The notes beneath the pieces were generated by a model. It was not told the origin of the DNA. It searched no databases and saw only the letters and a list, made by a program, of their open reading frames with translations. Shown in pieces: positions 60,830-64,000 of a stretch of DNA of 64,000 bases. Position 1 is the stretch's first letter. Each line of letters opens with the position of its first letter. The DNA is from the human T2T-CHM13v2.0 reference genome, Homo sapiens, in assembly GCF_009914755.1 (NCBI RefSeq), contig NC_060934.1, one strand, 5' to 3'. A program made the translations under genes and the position numbers.

Positions 60830-61800
60830 AACATTGTTGCGTGCGTGGGCCTTCCGGGCCCGGAAGAAACTGCGTTCGCGTGCAACATTAAACACCCCAC
60901 ATGGGCTGGTGAAAAATGAAAGCAAAATAAGACCAGTTGAAAGGCGGCAGAAAACCTGTGTGACTACTCCGTGGCTCCCCTGCCTGGTTTCCAGCCGCGG
61001 ACTCTGCTCTTCGGCGCGACCCCTGCTCCTGGGGTCCTCTGGGGTCCTCTGGGGTCCTCCCGCACACCCAGGCCAGGCACACCCAGGTTGCGAAGCCGAG
61101 TGCCTCCCCGTGCGGCCGCCAGGGAGCGCCCCAGGCCTGGCCGAGTCCCCCGCCCTCCACCCCGCCAGGCCCAGGAGAATTGATAGGCGGGCCCCGAAGC
61201 ACGTCTTCCCGGAAACCGGACTTCACCCGCTCCCGGGCTGCCATCCGCGGCTGGGTGACGCTCACGTCCCCGCGATTCGGTGTCTCTTGGCCTCCTGCCC
61301 CGCTGACCTGGGAGTGCCAGGGATCACCCCGCCCCCAGCGAGATCCCCTCTATCGCACAAAATGGGCGCTAGCGGGGGTCATTCTAGTCCGGCTGCCTCA
61401 CTCTCCCGACGGTCCTCCAGGGTGGCACCATCACCGTTCTCGCCCGCCTCCAGCCGGCCCATTCCTGCTGCTCCCTACAGCGTTGTCCCTGCCCCGTGCC
61501 CTCTTGTGGTCGTAGGTATCTGGCGGCCCGGGAAAGACAAAAAGAAGCTGCCCGCAGGAGCCCAGACCCTGGGGGCCTTCCTCCCCTTGTCTCCTCTTTG
61601 GACTCGGGGGTCTCCCACCAGCCACGGCGAGGGGGAGAAAGAGAATAGCTGGGCAGAGGCTAGGGAAGACCCCCGGTCTCAGAAACTGAGGGGAGCCAGG
61701 ACTCCCGGTGGGGGAGTCGGTGCAAGCCCTGAGGTGGGTGGATGGGAGTCCAGGGCCACAGCTCTGCAGCGGACAGGCGAGTCCTGTGGCGGCTCTAGGA
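60830..61800. promoter_or_regulatory. CpG island, probable promoter between the SVA and SH2D4B
   Basis: High GC and dense CpG in non-repeat sequence; GC boxes (ccccgccc), ETS, STAT and CTCF-like motifs. Confidence 0.8.
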
Positions 61801-63287
61801 AGGTCTGGGCACACTGGGACCAGCTAGCTGGACCTGGGTGGGGAGGGGTGGGGCGTCTGACTCCACTCCTGTGACCTGGACATTGCCTAGCTGAGCAGGA
61901 GCTTTGACCCTATGGGCTTACAGCTCATCTGAATCTGCTTAGTCCATCTTCCTGTTGTGTTAACCTTGCAGAGGGGGAAGAATGCCAACTCTCCACCCCT
62001 CTTCCATCACTCTTGGGTACCTGATCCACCTTCCACCCTCATGGGCAAGGAAGGGGACAGGAAGGTCACCAATCCAACCAAGCCACAGTGCCAAATCCTG
62101 TTGGTTCGTTTGTTTTCCCTTGGTTGGGTTATGTTTTCAAACCATCAACAGATTCATAGTTGCTAGTGGATGTCAAATTTCAAAACGGGGGAGTCCCAAT
62201 ACAGTGACTTGTCCATTAGGAAGCCATAGGCAAGCCACTTACTTTCTCTGAGCTTCAATATCCTTGTCCCAATAAGAAGGCATCTGTGATTTGCTCTGAG
62301 CACATATTTAGGGTGAGCTTTCACCCTAAAGATCTCAGCAACGGCAGCTTCTACCCACCTTCACACACCAAAGAGAGGGTGGCTTCCCTCCCAGCAGAAG
62401 GCAACATCCCGCCATTCCAGTGTGCTTCTGATCAGGGCACAGAGAAGAGCCAGTTTCATCTTCTTTCTTTTTGGTCAACTCCAGGCATCTGCAACAAACA
62501 AGATTAACAACGACCATTAAAACTGGCCCCTGGAGGGTTTATCTGTCAGCCACGCATGGCTGCAGGATCTCATTATATATAGGCCAAAGGGAAAGGATGT
62601 CTGCTTCCTTTCTGTCCTGGAATTCCAAGATAAAATCCCCTCCAGTTGTCTCTACTGATTCCATTTTGTTTTCTTTCTTGGCTGTAACACAGATAGGAGG
62701 AAAAATCTTTCCTCCCCCAAGGCAGAGTTTTAAACGCATCATCTCAGAATGCCAAATGTTCTGGAAAGGAAGAAAGTTGGCAGCGAAGGAACCCGCAGAG
62801 AGAGGGGCTGAGAGGGCTGAGGGGCCCAGCAGCTTCTGGCAGGCTCCTCTGGTCTGTGTTTGAAATTGGCTGAAAAGACATGGAATTTAGTAGGCAAGTC
62901 TGCCTCCTTCTCCTCCTCTTATCTGCAGAGGAGAGATCAGTTCCCAGCTGGCCGGGGCAGTGTCATTGATATAGCTGGTGTCATTGTTACCTTCCACTAA
63001 CAGATCACTCGACACCTACCAGCCCAGGCAGGGCTGGGACTGGGCATTTCCTGGCTGAGCTGGAGGCTTGGGCCCTTCCCATTGTCTCAGAACCCCAGGT
63101 GATGCCAAGACATGGGCTCTCCTGGGATGCCGTGCTTGGTGACCCAGGAGAAGGACTAGATTGCTCCTGGTGGTTGCTCCCCCTTGCAGAGTCCCACCTG
63201 CCCCTTTGGGTCCTGTTGCCTGGCCTCTTTTGCTGTCCTGGGTAGAGGAGATGAGTTCGTCGCTGGCTGCAAGCTGAGGCCAACTGA

Positions 63288-63635
<348 letters not shown>

Positions 63636-64000
63636 TAGGCCACCAGTCCCCCAGGAGGTAGAAAAATTAGCAGGGCCAGGCTGTGCCCTTCTTCAAGATG
63701 GGCACTGGGGTGATGAGGGCTGGGGGCTTGAAACCCTTGTCTTGTGGGCATCAGGTCCCATGAGCCTGTGCTTTTGCCTTTTGGCCAGGACCTTAGGGCT
63801 TCGAGGCTGCTGCAGAGGCTGTCCAGCGGCCCTTATTGGAGTCGGGGAGTTGGGACTTGCTTTGTCTTGTTGTGGAAGGCCCGAGTTCTGGGAAGACACC
63901 ATTGAGACTTCAGATTGTGCTCCGACGTGGTTGGCAATGGTAGGGTGAACGACGGCATATTTGTGACCCTTGCCATTGGTTCTGGGCCAGAGTGTGGTGT

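Noticed and set aside
60642-61874. 410-aa plus-strand ORF
   Set aside because: Starts in the SVA 3' end/TSD and runs through a GC-rich CpG island where stops are rare; Pro/Arg/Gly-rich with no recognisable domain.

Overview
Human (hominid) genomic DNA, repeat-rich and mostly intronic; not prokaryotic. The + strand carries the whole coding region of TSPAN14 (TspanC8 tetraspanin) in 8 coding exons: 14332-14412, 29826-29876, 32326-32472, 34399-34569, 37242-37367, 39117-39161, 41302-41421 and 43003-43074. These total 813 nt (270 aa plus stop), all introns are GT-AG and phase 0, and the non-coding first exon/promoter appears to lie upstream of the window. Downstream come the 3'UTR, a full-length SVA retrotransposon with a 17-bp TSD (58359-60660), a CpG island (~60830-61800) and the first coding exon of SH2D4B (63426-63609). 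Interspersed repeats include about 25 Alus, a twin-primed 5'-inverted L1PA nested in an Alu nested in an old L1M, MER2/MER5A/MER58/MER3 DNA transposons, MLT1 LTRs and L2 relics. Repeat subfamily names and ancient-repeat boundaries are by eye and approximate. I cannot support a new biological system from this sequence. The best leads are: (i) the all-phase-0 exon architecture plus flanking inverted Alus (in-frame skipping, stop-free circRNAs); (ii) a candidate upstream exon whose two donors would switch between an N-terminal extension and an overlapping uORF; (iii) the SVA with a 15-bp higher-order hexamer next to the CpG island; (iv) intronic enhancer-like motif clusters; (v) several retrotransposition and template-switch scars.
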